A stretch of 64,000 nucleotides of DNA, taken from positions 256,001-320,000 of the forward strand of contig CAVSHF010000005.1 in the NCBI GenBank assembly GCA_963727805.1, read 5' to 3'. Below the pieces are notes generated by a model, which saw only the letters and a list, made by a program, of their open reading frames with translations, was not told the origin of the DNA and did no database searches. The translations under genes and the position numbers were made by a program. The DNA comes from an uncultured Nitrospiraceae bacterium. GTDB taxonomy: Bacteria > Nitrospirota > Thermodesulfovibrionia > Thermodesulfovibrionales > Dissulfurispiraceae. Of this stretch, positions 47,281 through 57,329 are shown piece after piece (positions within the stretch are counted from its first letter, which is position 1; each line of letters begins with the position of its first letter).

Positions 47281-48909
47281 CTACCCAGCGAGGGCCTTGC
47301 TATACTCTGCCCATAATCTTTCCTTTGACACTCCTATATTGATAAAGTCCCAAGGCAACACTTCATCAAATCTTTTTTCCCTGAATACATAATATGCCAG
47401 CTCTATTGCCTCATCGGTACAGGCCTTGCGATAGTCATCGGTTTCGACCATCCTTTCGATCACCGGGAACACCCTCCGGTCGCCAAGAGAAAATAGTCCT
47501 TGCATGTGAGCGAACTTGGGCACATCATGAAAGACCTTGATCCCTTTTGTTTCGAGAGACTTCCTTATCAGTCTGATCTTCCGCTTGACCGGTTCGAGCG
47601 GCATCATGGCATGCCACTGAAATGGAGTAAAGGGTTTGGGAACAAATGTGCTTACGCTTAGAACGACGCCCCTCTGAGTGCTGAGGGCTCTCACCTTCTT
47701 TACAAGCTCTATGATGCCAGCGATGTCTTCGTCGGTCTCAGTCGGGAGCCCGATCATGAAATAGAGCCTCAGTGTTTCTATCTCCGACCCAAAGAGAAGT
47801 CCGGCCGTCGAAAGTATGTCCTGCTCCGTCACCTGCTTGTTGATAACATTCCTGAGCCTCTCGGTTCCTGCCTCGGGGGCGATGGAAACACTCTTGTGGC
47901 CTTTCAACAACCCGACAAGTGCAGCGCTCCTATTGCTTGCCCGAAGAGAAGTGATTGAGAACCGCACACCCTCCATGCAAAGGATGTCTTGAATACGTGG
48001 ATAATCGGACAGTGAAGGCCCGATGATCCCTATTTTCCCGGTGACCTTCTTGCCTTCCCCGATCTCTTCCCTGACCTGATCGATCTTTTTTTCCCTAAGA
48101 GGACCAAAGAAGTTGCCCACGAGACAGAAGCGGCAGCTCCACGGGCATCCCCTCATAATCTCGATGAGATACATGCCGGAAAATTCGGTTTCATTGGTGA
48201 TGACAGTTGTATTGAGAGGAGCGAGTGAAAGGTCTTTGACGTATCTCTTCCGGACTACATCTGGTGCGCCATCTTTTGCGGTTCGACATGCTATCGTTCC
48301 GTCTTCACGATAGGATATCTCATATGCCGAAGGTACATATATGCCGCTAATTTGTGCAGCCTTTGTCATCAGATCGTTTCTCCCGACGGCAAGCTTATAC
48401 AGTTGGATGAATTCTCCCAGGGACTCCTCTGCCTCACCGATAAAGATGGCATCGAATGCGGGTGCAATCGGTTCGGGATTGAACGAGACACAAACTCCTC
48501 CGGCAATGACCAGGGGGTGGTAGTCGCCGCGCCCAGTTGAACTGAAAGGTATCTTGGAAAGACTCAATATTCTTATAACATTCGGATAATCGTTTTCGAA
48601 AGAAAGGGAGAAGGCTATCATGTCGAAAGAATTCAATGGCTTCTTGGATTCAAGAGAGAAGACAGGGGTACAGGTCCGCCGATATTCGATGACATCGGTA
48701 GTATCGGGAAGAAAGGCTCTCTCGCACACAACATCGTCCCGCCGATTGAGAAGTCCATAAATGCCCTGATATCCAAGGTTCGACATCCCCACGTGGTAGG
48801 TGTTTGGATAGACAAGGCAGACCGAAATCTTTCCACCGGGGTCTTTAAAAACGGTGCCCCTTTCCTTTGTCAGAAGAAAGTCTGCCTTTTCGATGAGCTT
48901 GCGGTTCAT
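47281..48909 (-). CDS. B12-binding-like radical SAM protein (TIGR03960-like)
   Basis: YPNTY.VGMSNLG, RGCPWSCRFC, APEAG.ER.R, FMIGLP.E, PKP.TPFQW. Confidence 0.85.
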   Translation of the reverse strand: MNRKLIEKADFLLTKERGTVFKDPGGKISVCLVYPNTYHVGMSNLGYQGIYGLLNRRDDVVCERAFLPDTTDVIEYRRTCTPVFSLESKKPLNSFDMIAFSLSFENDYPNVIRILSLSKIPFSSTGRGDYHPLVIAGGVCVSFNPEPIAPAFDAIFIGEAEESLGEFIQLYKLAVGRNDLMTKAAQISGIYVPSAYEISYREDGTIACRTAKDGAPDVVRKRYVKDLSLAPLNTTVITNETEFSGMYLIEIMRGCPWSCRFCLVGNFFGPLREKKIDQVREEIGEGKKVTGKIGIIGPSLSDYPRIQDILCMEGVRFSITSLRASNRSAALVGLLKGHKSVSIAPEAGTERLRNVINKQVTEQDILSTAGLLFGSEIETLRLYFMIGLPTETDEDIAGIIELVKKVRALSTQRGVVLSVSTFVPKPFTPFQWHAMMPLEPVKRKIRLIRKSLETKGIKVFHDVPKFAHMQGLFSLGDRRVFPVIERMVETDDYRKACTDEAIELAYYVFREKRFDEVLPWDFINIGVSKERLWAEYSKALAG

Positions 48910-48945
48910 GGATTCTATGACCCCGCTAATCCACTAAATCGTAAT

Positions 48946-50511
48946 TCACGATTGCATCTTTTTTCTCAGGAATGTCGGGATGTCATATTCGTCTTCAGGC
49001 GGGATCGACGATTCTGCAAGAATCATGTCGCGAGTAAGGGAATCGACCAATAATGGCTTCTTCACAATTTCAGCCGCCTCAACTCTTTCGGCAAATAGCA
49101 CCGTCTCATTAATTAGCTCAGGTATCGGCTCAGGTATCGGCTCAGGTATCGGCTCAGGTATCGGCTCAGGTATCGGCTCAGGTATCGGCTCAGGTATCGG
49201 CTCAGATATCGGCTCAGATATCGGCTCAGATATCGGCTCAGATATCGGCTCAGATATCGGCTCAGATATCGGCTCAGATATCGGCTCAGATATCGGCTCA
49301 GATATCGGCTCAGATATCGGCTCAGATATCGGCTCAATAGTTTTCTCGTCCTTGATCTCAGGAGAGGGAGCAGTTAATGCCGTATGCGGAATTTTATCTT
49401 TCTTATTTTTATTTTCCCTTGATGTCTGGGAAAGGGTATCGGAAAACATATCAATGCTCTTTGAAAATGTCTTGCCCGATGCCTTGATTGCGGAAGCGGG
49501 TACTTCTTTTTTCGGTGTCCACTTTTGCGTCTCGGGCAGTTCGACTTTTTCGGACTTTTCGTCGAGCCCTGTGGCAATTACCGTAACCCTAATCTGCTCA
49601 TCCATCTCGGGATCGATAACCGCGCCGAGTATGATATTCGCATCTTCGTGAGCATTATCATGAATGAGCGAGGCGGCCTGCTGTATCTCGTCGAGAGAAA
49701 TATTAGGACCACCGGTAATATTGATAAGAATGCCTTTTGCCCCCTCAATGGAAGATTTTTCGAGAAGGGGGTTCAATATAGCCTTCTTTGCCGCTTCGAA
49801 TGCCCCACCCTCACCTCTGCCCATGCCCATACCGATAACAGCCTTGCCCGCCTTCTGCATTATTGCCTTGATATCTGCGAAGTCAAGATTGATGAGACCA
49901 GGCACCAGGATAAGGTCTGAAATGCCCTGAACAGCCTGCCTGAGAACATCATTGACCGTGGAAAAAGACTGGAGAAGTGATGTTCCCTTCTCCACCACTA
50001 GGCTAATCCTGTCATTCGGTATGACAATTAGGGTATTGACATGATTTTTTAGCTCATGAATGCCTTCTTCCGCATTCATCGCCCTCTTTTTGCCCTCGAA
50101 AAAAAAGGGCTTTGTCACTATGCCCACAGTAAGAATGCCCATATCCTTTGCCAAGCCGGCAATTACCGGAGCAGCCCCGGTCCCGGTACCTCCCCCCATA
50201 CCAGCGGTGATAAAGACCATATCGGCTCCTTCGATAAATCCTTCAAGCACGTCCTTGCTTTCTAGGGCAGCTTCCCTGCCGATCACTGGATTGGATCCTG
50301 CGCCGAGTCCCCTTGTCAGGTCCGATCCTATCTGGATCCTGGCAGGTGCCAGCGATGCCTCCAGATGCTGTATGTCAGTATTTACAGCGATAAACTCTAC
50401 GCCGTAAACCTGCGCAGCAACCATACTATTAATAGCATTGCCGCCTCCCCCACCGACGCCGATCACCTTAATCTTTGCTGCCGGTCTTCCGACATCTTCA
50501 ATTTCAAACAT
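48946..50511 (-). CDS. ftsZ: Cell division protein FtsZ with a long repeat-expanded linker
   Basis: GVGGGGGNA, GGGTGTG, NLDFAD, VTVIATG, C-terminal DIPTFLRK. Confidence 0.97.
   Translation of the reverse strand: MFEIEDVGRPAAKIKVIGVGGGGGNAINSMVAAQVYGVEFIAVNTDIQHLEASLAPARIQIGSDLTRGLGAGSNPVIGREAALESKDVLEGFIEGADMVFITAGMGGGTGTGAAPVIAGLAKDMGILTVGIVTKPFFFEGKKRAMNAEEGIHELKNHVNTLIVIPNDRISLVVEKGTSLLQSFSTVNDVLRQAVQGISDLILVPGLINLDFADIKAIMQKAGKAVIGMGMGRGEGGAFEAAKKAILNPLLEKSSIEGAKGILINITGGPNISLDEIQQAASLIHDNAHEDANIILGAVIDPEMDEQIRVTVIATGLDEKSEKVELPETQKWTPKKEVPASAIKASGKTFSKSIDMFSDTLSQTSRENKNKKDKIPHTALTAPSPEIKDEKTIEPISEPISEPISEPISEPISEPISEPISEPISEPISEPISEPISEPIPEPIPEPIPEPIPEPIPEPIPEPIPELINETVLFAERVEAAEIVKKPLLVDSLTRDMILAESSIPPEDEYDIPTFLRKKMQS
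49120..49335. repeat. 18 x 12-bp tandem repeat in ftsZ
   Basis: 7 x AGGTATCGGCTC then 11 x AGATATCGGCTC on the + strand; encodes (EPIS)11(EPIP)7. Confidence 0.95.
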
Positions 50512-50520
50512 GGGGACCTC

Positions 50521-51801
50521 CTATTTCTTTATACCAACAATATTTTTTAAAAAGTCTGTCATCTTCGTAAATAAATCTTCACTCAATGCTCCCGTCCGGT
50601 CGGCAGCATAGCCAGCACCGTATAGCACCAGACCAATACCAGCGGCATATTCAGGGCTGTTAAATTGTTCCTTCACTCCCGTGACAAAAGGCATTGAACC
50701 CATGGATGGAGTATCATTCTTAGGCGCCAGATCAGGATATCCTATCCTGACGGGCATCGAAAGAAGGTTCTCGGCAAGCCGTACAAAGGAGGGGATGAGC
50801 ACACCTCCCCCGGTAAAGACAGCCCCGGTAACAGCGTCCTGTCCTTCCAGTCGAACTATTTCTTGTTTGATGAGTTCCACCAGAAGTTCCTCTGCACGGA
50901 GAAGCATAATATCAACGATAAGCTTTCTCGATATCTTTTTTACCATGTCATCGTTTCCGTCTAGCCCTATGACATCAATCTCTTCAGCAAGGTCAACGGC
51001 AGCTAAAGTACCGAACTGCTTTTTAACCCGTTCCGCTTCAGAAAAAGAGACTCTCAGGCCGACACTGAGGTCGTTGGTGAAATGGTTGCCTCCTATACCC
51101 AGAACCTTCGTGTGCTGCAGCCATCCGTCCTTGAATAGAGCGATATCGGTCGTCCCCGCGCCGATGTCGATTAACGCAGTGCCCATCTCACGGTCTTCGG
51201 CACTCAGTGTTGCCTCGGCAGAGGCGATCGATTGCAGAACAAGGTCCGCCACCTGAAGGCCAGCTTTTTCACAGCTCACTATAAGACGTTGCAACGGTTC
51301 GGCCGAGGCCGTGATTATATTAACCCGTGCTTCAAGTCTCGAACCGGGTATCCCGAAGGGGTCCTTTATTCCCCTTCCTCCATCAATAATGAAATCAGTC
51401 GGCAGCACATGTATAATTTCCCGCCCCGCAGCAATGGGAGTATTTCCAGCCGCATCAATAACTCTATCGATGTCGTCCTGTGAAACAGCCCTTCCGCTTA
51501 CTGCAACCGAGGCCGTTCCCACGGAGGCCTGGATATGGTTCCCCGATATGCTAACGAGTGCTTCCCTGGTCGAAACGCCCGACTGTTCACGGGCGGCGAC
51601 CATCGCATCCCTTATTGCAGTAGTAGCCGCTTCAACATCAACGACAACACCCTTTCTCAATCCGGCTGAGGGAGAAGACGTGATCGACAGGATATCGATC
51701 CCATCCCCGGTCATTTCCGCAACAACAACGCAGATCTTTGAAGTACCAAGATCAACTCCCGTGATAAAGGGGCCGGCCTTTTTTCTTCTCTTAACCGACA
51801 T
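50521..51801 (-). CDS. ftsA: Cell division protein FtsA
   Basis: DLGTSK, GLRKG, DIGAGTTD, GG...T.D, TGGG. Confidence 0.95.
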   Translation of the reverse strand: MSVKRRKKAGPFITGVDLGTSKICVVVAEMTGDGIDILSITSSPSAGLRKGVVVDVEAATTAIRDAMVAAREQSGVSTREALVSISGNHIQASVGTASVAVSGRAVSQDDIDRVIDAAGNTPIAAGREIIHVLPTDFIIDGGRGIKDPFGIPGSRLEARVNIITASAEPLQRLIVSCEKAGLQVADLVLQSIASAEATLSAEDREMGTALIDIGAGTTDIALFKDGWLQHTKVLGIGGNHFTNDLSVGLRVSFSEAERVKKQFGTLAAVDLAEEIDVIGLDGNDDMVKKISRKLIVDIMLLRAEELLVELIKQEIVRLEGQDAVTGAVFTGGGVLIPSFVRLAENLLSMPVRIGYPDLAPKNDTPSMGSMPFVTGVKEQFNSPEYAAGIGLVLYGAGYAADRTGALSEDLFTKMTDFLKNIVGIKK

Positions 51802-52651
51802 GACTTTTTGTCCTCCCTGCCGTCACTTTTTTCACCCCGTTTTTCTTTTTCACATTTTGCGGTTTTAATTTTTTTTGGGCATCGTCTGCCGCCCGCGTGG
51901 TCTTGCGGTCAGCCTTCTTTTGCTCGGACTTCGCCGGCATTACTACGATCTTATCGATAAACCTGAGATCGATATATTCGACTGCCATGTTCCGCTTATT
52001 AAGCTCGTCTCTCACAAAGTTGAGCTTCTCGAGCTTTTTCGTTAAATCGCCAGCGCCGATCCTGACCGGGATATTATCGACCTTCATGGTGATGTCCTCA
52101 AGCCGTGTACCAGAAAGCTCTATATTCCCCCCATGGGCCATCACTTTTCTATCATACAGAATGCCAGCCAGTGCAATGGCCTCATGATATGCTTCCCGAC
52201 ACGACGCTGGATCAATTTTTATCACCGGGAGAAAGTAGACCGGCTCAGCCTTTATTTCTTCAAGCCGCAACCCTTCCCTGTCAATAAGATAAGGTTTGTC
52301 GTCGGACTGCAATACAGCGATTGCAACCGCTTCAGTGATCTGGACAGTGACCTTCCCCGTAAGATCCTTTCGGACCATTGCATCCTTTATCCATGCAGAG
52401 GCCTTTATCCGCCGATATATCTCCCCAGTAGAGACCGCAAAAAGCCTGCTCTTTGGCGAGCATCCGATCATTGACAGAAGTTCCCCGTTCGTCAGGTGCC
52501 GGTTGCCGTAGAAATTGATTTCTCTGATACACAGATAATTATATCCGAGCAGAGCAATACCTGAAAGAGCGATAACGATCACTAATCCGGTAGCGACGAC
52601 TGATACCCGCCTCGTTCTTTCCCTCGCCTTCTTTGTCTTTCTCGTTTCCAT
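51791..52651 (-). CDS. ftsQ: Cell division protein FtsQ/DivIB
   Basis: Single TM, POTRA domain, YIDLRF; position in the dcw cluster. Confidence 0.88.
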   Translation of the reverse strand: METRKTKKARERTRRVSVVATGLVIVIALSGIALLGYNYLCIREINFYGNRHLTNGELLSMIGCSPKSRLFAVSTGEIYRRIKASAWIKDAMVRKDLTGKVTVQITEAVAIAVLQSDDKPYLIDREGLRLEEIKAEPVYFLPVIKIDPASCREAYHEAIALAGILYDRKVMAHGGNIELSGTRLEDITMKVDNIPVRIGAGDLTKKLEKLNFVRDELNKRNMAVEYIDLRFIDKIVVMPAKSEQKKADRKTTRAADDAQKKLKPQNVKKKNGVKKVTAGRTKSHVG

Positions 52652-52675
52652 TGTTAATAATTTCTGTTTTCAGCG

Positions 52676-53596
52676 TTAGCTGCTTACATCAAGGGCCGAC
52701 TTCAAGATATTTTCGATCAAATCCCCGAATTCGAATCCCGCGAGTTTAGCGATCTTCGGCAACAGGCTCGTCTCAGTCATACCCGGTATCGTATTGACCT
52801 CGAGCACATAGTCCTTGCGAGCCTCATCGAGGATGAGATCTACCCTTGTGGCGCCCTTACAACCGATTGCATTATGGGCGCGCAGAGCCGATGCCTTCAG
52901 TCTTTCATATTCGTCGACGCTCACTTCGGGAGGCAGAACATAGCTCGTGAGGCCAGGCGTATATTTCGCCTCATAGTTGTAGAATTCGAGCGAGGGTCTT
53001 ACCTCCACGCCACCCAGTGCCGTTTGACCGAGGATACCAATCTGCACCTCTTTTCCTTTAATATACTGTTCAACGATGATCTTATTCCCATACCTGAAGG
53101 CGTCATTTAGGGCTGCTTCGACTTCATGGTCATTCTTCACGATATGAACACCAATGCTGGACCCTTCTGAAGCAGGCTTGATCACCCAGGGCATTCCGAA
53201 GTCGATTATCCTAATATCACTGGCACGGTCATCCTGATGAATAATCTGGAACCGCGGGATCAGTATCCCGTGATATTGGAATATCTTCTTCGATGCCTCC
53301 TTGTCCATGGCAAGAGCCGATGCAAGAATGCCAGACCCGGTATACGGTATCCCCATCACCTCGAGATATCCCTGAAGAGCACCATTTTCGCCATGCCCTC
53401 CGTGAAGGGCGATGAAGACGACCTGAACTCCCTGCGATCTCATGGATGCATACAAGTCGCCGGCGGTATCAATGAAGACCGCATCATAACCACGGTCCAA
53501 TAGTGCCTTGTACACTGCACCACCGCTTTTAAGCGACACTTCCCTTTCCGCAGAGGTCCCCCCTGCCAATACCCCTATCCTCTTGGTGGTAATCAT
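52676..53596 (-). CDS. ddl: D-alanine-D-alanine ligase
   Basis: GG.S.EREVSL.SG, LHG..GE.G, GSS, Y.YEAKY, EVNTIPG. Confidence 0.96.
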   Translation of the reverse strand: MITTKRIGVLAGGTSAEREVSLKSGGAVYKALLDRGYDAVFIDTAGDLYASMRSQGVQVVFIALHGGHGENGALQGYLEVMGIPYTGSGILASALAMDKEASKKIFQYHGILIPRFQIIHQDDRASDIRIIDFGMPWVIKPASEGSSIGVHIVKNDHEVEAALNDAFRYGNKIIVEQYIKGKEVQIGILGQTALGGVEVRPSLEFYNYEAKYTPGLTSYVLPPEVSVDEYERLKASALRAHNAIGCKGATRVDLILDEARKDYVLEVNTIPGMTETSLLPKIAKLAGFEFGDLIENILKSALDVSS

Positions 53597-54960
53597 AAGG
53601 CCTTCAATATCTCCTCACCTATTTTATAAACGTCTCCCGCACCGAGCGTGAGCAGCACGTCACCCGGTCTAAGATCAGCAAGCACCGTTTTGACCATTTC
53701 TTTTCTATCAGATATATGATCTGCGTTCACGGACCCGACGTCGCGCGTTTTCTTCAGAAGCACCTCCGAAGTGATACCCTCTATCGGTGCTTCACTGGCA
53801 GCGTAAATATCCAGAAGATAGAGCCTGTCGGCAGCACCGAAGCTGAGCGCGAAATCGTCCATGAGATCACGAGTTCGCGAAAATCGATGGGGTTGGAAGA
53901 TAACGACAATGCGACTGTCGCTGAAGCACTCTCGGGCGGCCTTGAGCACGGCTCGTATTTCGACGGGATGGTGCCCGTAATCATCAAACACCCTGATCTC
54001 TCTAGCCTCTCCCCTCAACTCGAATCTGCGCTGTATACCGCTGAAGCTGCGGAGGCCCATACTTATCTTCTCCAGCGGCACCTGCAATTCCATCGCCGTC
54101 AGGATTGCTGCAAGGCTGTTGAGCACATTATGAACGCCAGGCACCGGAACTGTGAAAATGCCGAGGGAATCGCCTTTGAATACAGCCTCGAAGACATTCT
54201 TCGTTCCCTCGTATCGGATATTCTTTGCATACATATCGGAGTCATGGGACAGACCGTAGGTAAGCACCCGCCTTTTAATCTGCGGAATAATCGTCCGCGT
54301 ATGCTCATTTTCCTTACAGACGATCGCCACGCCGTAAAACGGCACTTTGTTGATGAAGGAGAGGAATGCACTCCTGAGGGTTTCAATGTCCTTGAAATAA
54401 TCCATGTGCTCCCTGTCGATATTGGTGATAACGGCTATGGTTGGACTGAGCTTCAGGAATGAGCCGTCGCTCTCATCTGCCTCGGCAACGAGAAATTCAC
54501 CCTTCCCAAGGTGTGCGTTGCTGCCGATCGCCTTGAGTTGGCCGCCGATGACCACCGTCGGATCGAGCCCTCCTTCGCCGAGCAATGTTGCTATGAGGGA
54601 GGTTGTCGTCGTCTTGCCGTGGGCGCCCGCGACCAGGATCCCGTACTTCAGCCTCCCGAGTTCTGCAAGCATTTCTGCCCGGGGAATAACGGGCACTGCG
54701 CGGTCCTTTGCTGCCACCACCTCCGGGTTTGTCGGAGAAACGGCGGACGAGATAACCACGACGTGGGCATTGTCGATATTCTTTTCGTCATGCCCGATAA
54801 ATATCTTGATGCCAAGCTTCCTGAGCCTGATCGTCGTATCAGATTCGCGTATATCGGAACCGGTCACATCGTACCCAAGATTGTGCAGCACCTCGGCGAT
54901 TCCGCTCATCCCGATGCCACCTATTCCTACAAAATGAATTATCCTATATTGATTGAACAT
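53593..54960 (-). CDS. murC: UDP-N-acetylmuramate-L-alanine ligase
   Basis: GIGGIGMSG, GAHGKTTT, EADESD, DDYGHHP. Confidence 0.96.
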   Translation of the reverse strand: MFNQYRIIHFVGIGGIGMSGIAEVLHNLGYDVTGSDIRESDTTIRLRKLGIKIFIGHDEKNIDNAHVVVISSAVSPTNPEVVAAKDRAVPVIPRAEMLAELGRLKYGILVAGAHGKTTTTSLIATLLGEGGLDPTVVIGGQLKAIGSNAHLGKGEFLVAEADESDGSFLKLSPTIAVITNIDREHMDYFKDIETLRSAFLSFINKVPFYGVAIVCKENEHTRTIIPQIKRRVLTYGLSHDSDMYAKNIRYEGTKNVFEAVFKGDSLGIFTVPVPGVHNVLNSLAAILTAMELQVPLEKISMGLRSFSGIQRRFELRGEAREIRVFDDYGHHPVEIRAVLKAARECFSDSRIVVIFQPHRFSRTRDLMDDFALSFGAADRLYLLDIYAASEAPIEGITSEVLLKKTRDVGSVNADHISDRKEMVKTVLADLRPGDVLLTLGAGDVYKIGEEILKAL

Positions 54961-54963
54961 GTC

Positions 54964-56061
54964 CTATCCCTTTCTCGTAAGACTCATCGAAAGATCAACA
55001 ATCTTCTCCGCGGCATCGGTCCTTCCAAAGGCCTTCGATGCCTTCTGCATTTCCCTTCTCTTGTCAGGGTTGTTGTAAAGTTCTCTTATCGCCTTTGCCA
55101 TCACCTCACCGGTCAGGTGCCTGTCGAGTATTACCTTTGCGGCGCCCATGTCTTCGAGTTTCCTCGCATTGAACTCCTGATGGTTGGATGCAGCATGCGG
55201 ATAAGGAACTAGAATGGCGGCCTTTCCTATAGCGGTGATCTCTGAGAGAGTCGTTGCGCCGGCCCTACAAATAATGAGGTCAGCCACTGAATAGGCATCG
55301 GACATCTGATATATGAAAGGGAATCCCGTGCCGTGGAATCCGAGCTTTTTATATGATTCCGATACGTTCTTGAGGTCCTTCTCCCCTGTTTGATGAACAA
55401 ACTGAATATTTTGTCTCATATCGAGGAGGTAGTGCAATGCCTCGGTCATCGCATTGTTGACCGTCCGCGCACCTAAGCTCCCTCCAAAGATGAGAACACT
55501 GAATTTATCTTTTTCGAGACCAAACGCCATATGTGGATCAGCTGCTTCTTTCAAAAGTATCTTTTTTCTCACCGGATTACCGGTCAGGAAGGTCTTTTCC
55601 CTTGGGAAGAATGAGATACTCTCCTGATAGGTAACCGCTATGGCATCCGCAAAACTGCCAAGGAACCGGTTTGCGAATCCAGGGACCGAGTTCTGTTCCA
55701 TTATCATGGTTTTTATGCCCCTGAGGCGAGCAGCCACGACCATGCCAACGGAAGCGTATCCACCAACACCGATGACAATATCCGGGCGTACCGATGCGAT
55801 GATCCTAAGCGATTGACAAATGGATACAAGAAACAAGTATGCAGCCACTATCTTCCTGAGAAAGTCCTTGCCGACCAGCCCTTCGGCGCTCAAGAACTCG
55901 ATAGGATATCCTTCCCTCGGGATAACCCTTGCCTCAATACCGTGCTCAGTGCCCACAAAAACGACCCTAGTTGAGGGTGCCCTTTTTATAAATTCTTCAG
56001 CGACGGCGATTCCGGGGAAAAGATGCCCGCCAGTTCCTCCGCCCGCAATAATGACTCTCAT
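54964..56061 (-). CDS. murG: Lipid II GlcNAc transferase
   Basis: GGGTGGH, GGY, EQN, GNPVR, GGSLGA, RAGA.T. Confidence 0.96.
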   Translation of the reverse strand: MRVIIAGGGTGGHLFPGIAVAEEFIKRAPSTRVVFVGTEHGIEARVIPREGYPIEFLSAEGLVGKDFLRKIVAAYLFLVSICQSLRIIASVRPDIVIGVGGYASVGMVVAARLRGIKTMIMEQNSVPGFANRFLGSFADAIAVTYQESISFFPREKTFLTGNPVRKKILLKEAADPHMAFGLEKDKFSVLIFGGSLGARTVNNAMTEALHYLLDMRQNIQFVHQTGEKDLKNVSESYKKLGFHGTGFPFIYQMSDAYSVADLIICRAGATTLSEITAIGKAAILVPYPHAASNHQEFNARKLEDMGAAKVILDRHLTGEVMAKAIRELYNNPDKRREMQKASKAFGRTDAAEKIVDLSMSLTRKG

Positions 56062-57329
56062 GGTTTCTTCCCGTTCTGTCTAAAATAACGTGCCTTCGTG
56101 CGGTACTGGCCGTATCCCCTTCCCATAGCATACTGGTCTGCCTTCGGCGTCTCACCCGCAGATAACGCTTCGTCTTCAGGCGGTCTACTCCTGACATGGT
56201 ATATTTCATGTCCCTGCTTTGCTGCCTCCCTGAAACGGGAGACATTGAGCAGCAGGCCGGCGGCAACCATACTGACCACAAGTGAGGAACCGCCGTAACT
56301 GATGAAAGGAAGTGGTAGTCCCTTTGTGGGAACGAGTCCTGTGACGACAGCAAAATTGAAAACTGACTGAATGGCGATCATGAGAGATATGCCAGAAGCG
56401 AGATAATAGGCAAAAGGCTCCTCAACCTTTCTCGCTATCATAAAGCCCCTGATGAATAAACAAAAGAAAAGAGTCACTACAACAGCGGCGCCGATAAACC
56501 CAAGCTCCTCGCCGATGAGAGAAAAGATGAAATCAGTATGGACCTCAGGTAGAAAGGACAGTTTCTGTTTGCTCTCCCCAAGACCGACTCCCTGCAGGCC
56601 TCCGCTTCCAAATGCAATAAAGGATTGGGTCAACTGGAAACCGGAACCCTGCGGGTCTTTCCATGGATCGAGAAAGGCGACGACCCTTTTCCACCGGTAC
56701 GGTTCAGAAATGAGCTTGATTAAAACCGGGATTGCGACAAGTCCGAGTGAGAAGAGATACCTGAGCCTGATGCCCGAAAGAAAGAGCATCGCTACGGTAA
56801 GAACAGCAAGGCTCATTGTAGCACCGAAATCTGGCTGCTTCAAAAAGACTACCTGGAATGCAGCCATTACCAATAGGGGGATCAAAAATGAAAGGAATCT
56901 CTCTTTGTTGTAAGAAGCACGGCTCATGTACCAAGCCAGAAAAATTACCATCGAAAGTTTCACTAGTTCGGAAGGCTGAAAGCTCGAAGGCCAAAGCCTG
57001 AGCCATCTGCGTGCCCCTCCCGCACTGATGCCGAGGCTTGTGAAGACGAGGAGCAGAAAGATAAATGAGATTGCCAGAAGTGGGATAACCATTTTTTTCA
57101 GATAGTGCAAGGGAACCTTAGATGCCATAAACAGAGCGACAATTCCTATCAGTACGGTAACGAACTGTTTTTTAAGGTAGCTGAACTGATCGATAGAGCT
57201 GCTCAGCGCCTTACCCTTCTGTTGGAGGGAAGGTGAGATGACCGACGTCGAGCTGTAAACAGCGGTAAGCCCGATGAGTATCAGCAGTACAATAAGGACA
57301 ACGATAATCTTGTCAAAGCGCTGGGTCAT
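56058..57329 (-). CDS. ftsW: SEDS peptidoglycan polymerase
   Basis: GARRW, FQPSE, QPDFG, HTDFIF, LPFISYGGS. Confidence 0.95.
   Translation of the reverse strand: MTQRFDKIIVVLIVLLILIGLTAVYSSTSVISPSLQQKGKALSSSIDQFSYLKKQFVTVLIGIVALFMASKVPLHYLKKMVIPLLAISFIFLLLVFTSLGISAGGARRWLRLWPSSFQPSELVKLSMVIFLAWYMSRASYNKERFLSFLIPLLVMAAFQVVFLKQPDFGATMSLAVLTVAMLFLSGIRLRYLFSLGLVAIPVLIKLISEPYRWKRVVAFLDPWKDPQGSGFQLTQSFIAFGSGGLQGVGLGESKQKLSFLPEVHTDFIFSLIGEELGFIGAAVVVTLFFCLFIRGFMIARKVEEPFAYYLASGISLMIAIQSVFNFAVVTGLVPTKGLPLPFISYGGSSLVVSMVAAGLLLNVSRFREAAKQGHEIYHVRSRPPEDEALSAGETPKADQYAMGRGYGQYRTKARYFRQNGKKP

Noticed and set aside
49120..49335. Possible CRISPR array
   Set aside because: Units are contiguous 12-mers without spacers and no cas genes are present; I saw no CRISPR array anywhere in the window
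49113..49337. ORF encoding (SRYL)n, and the antisense ORF 48980-49651 encoding (GSGI/GSDI)n
   Set aside because: These are alternate frames of the 12-bp ftsZ repeat, which has no stop in those frames; no RBS or independent support
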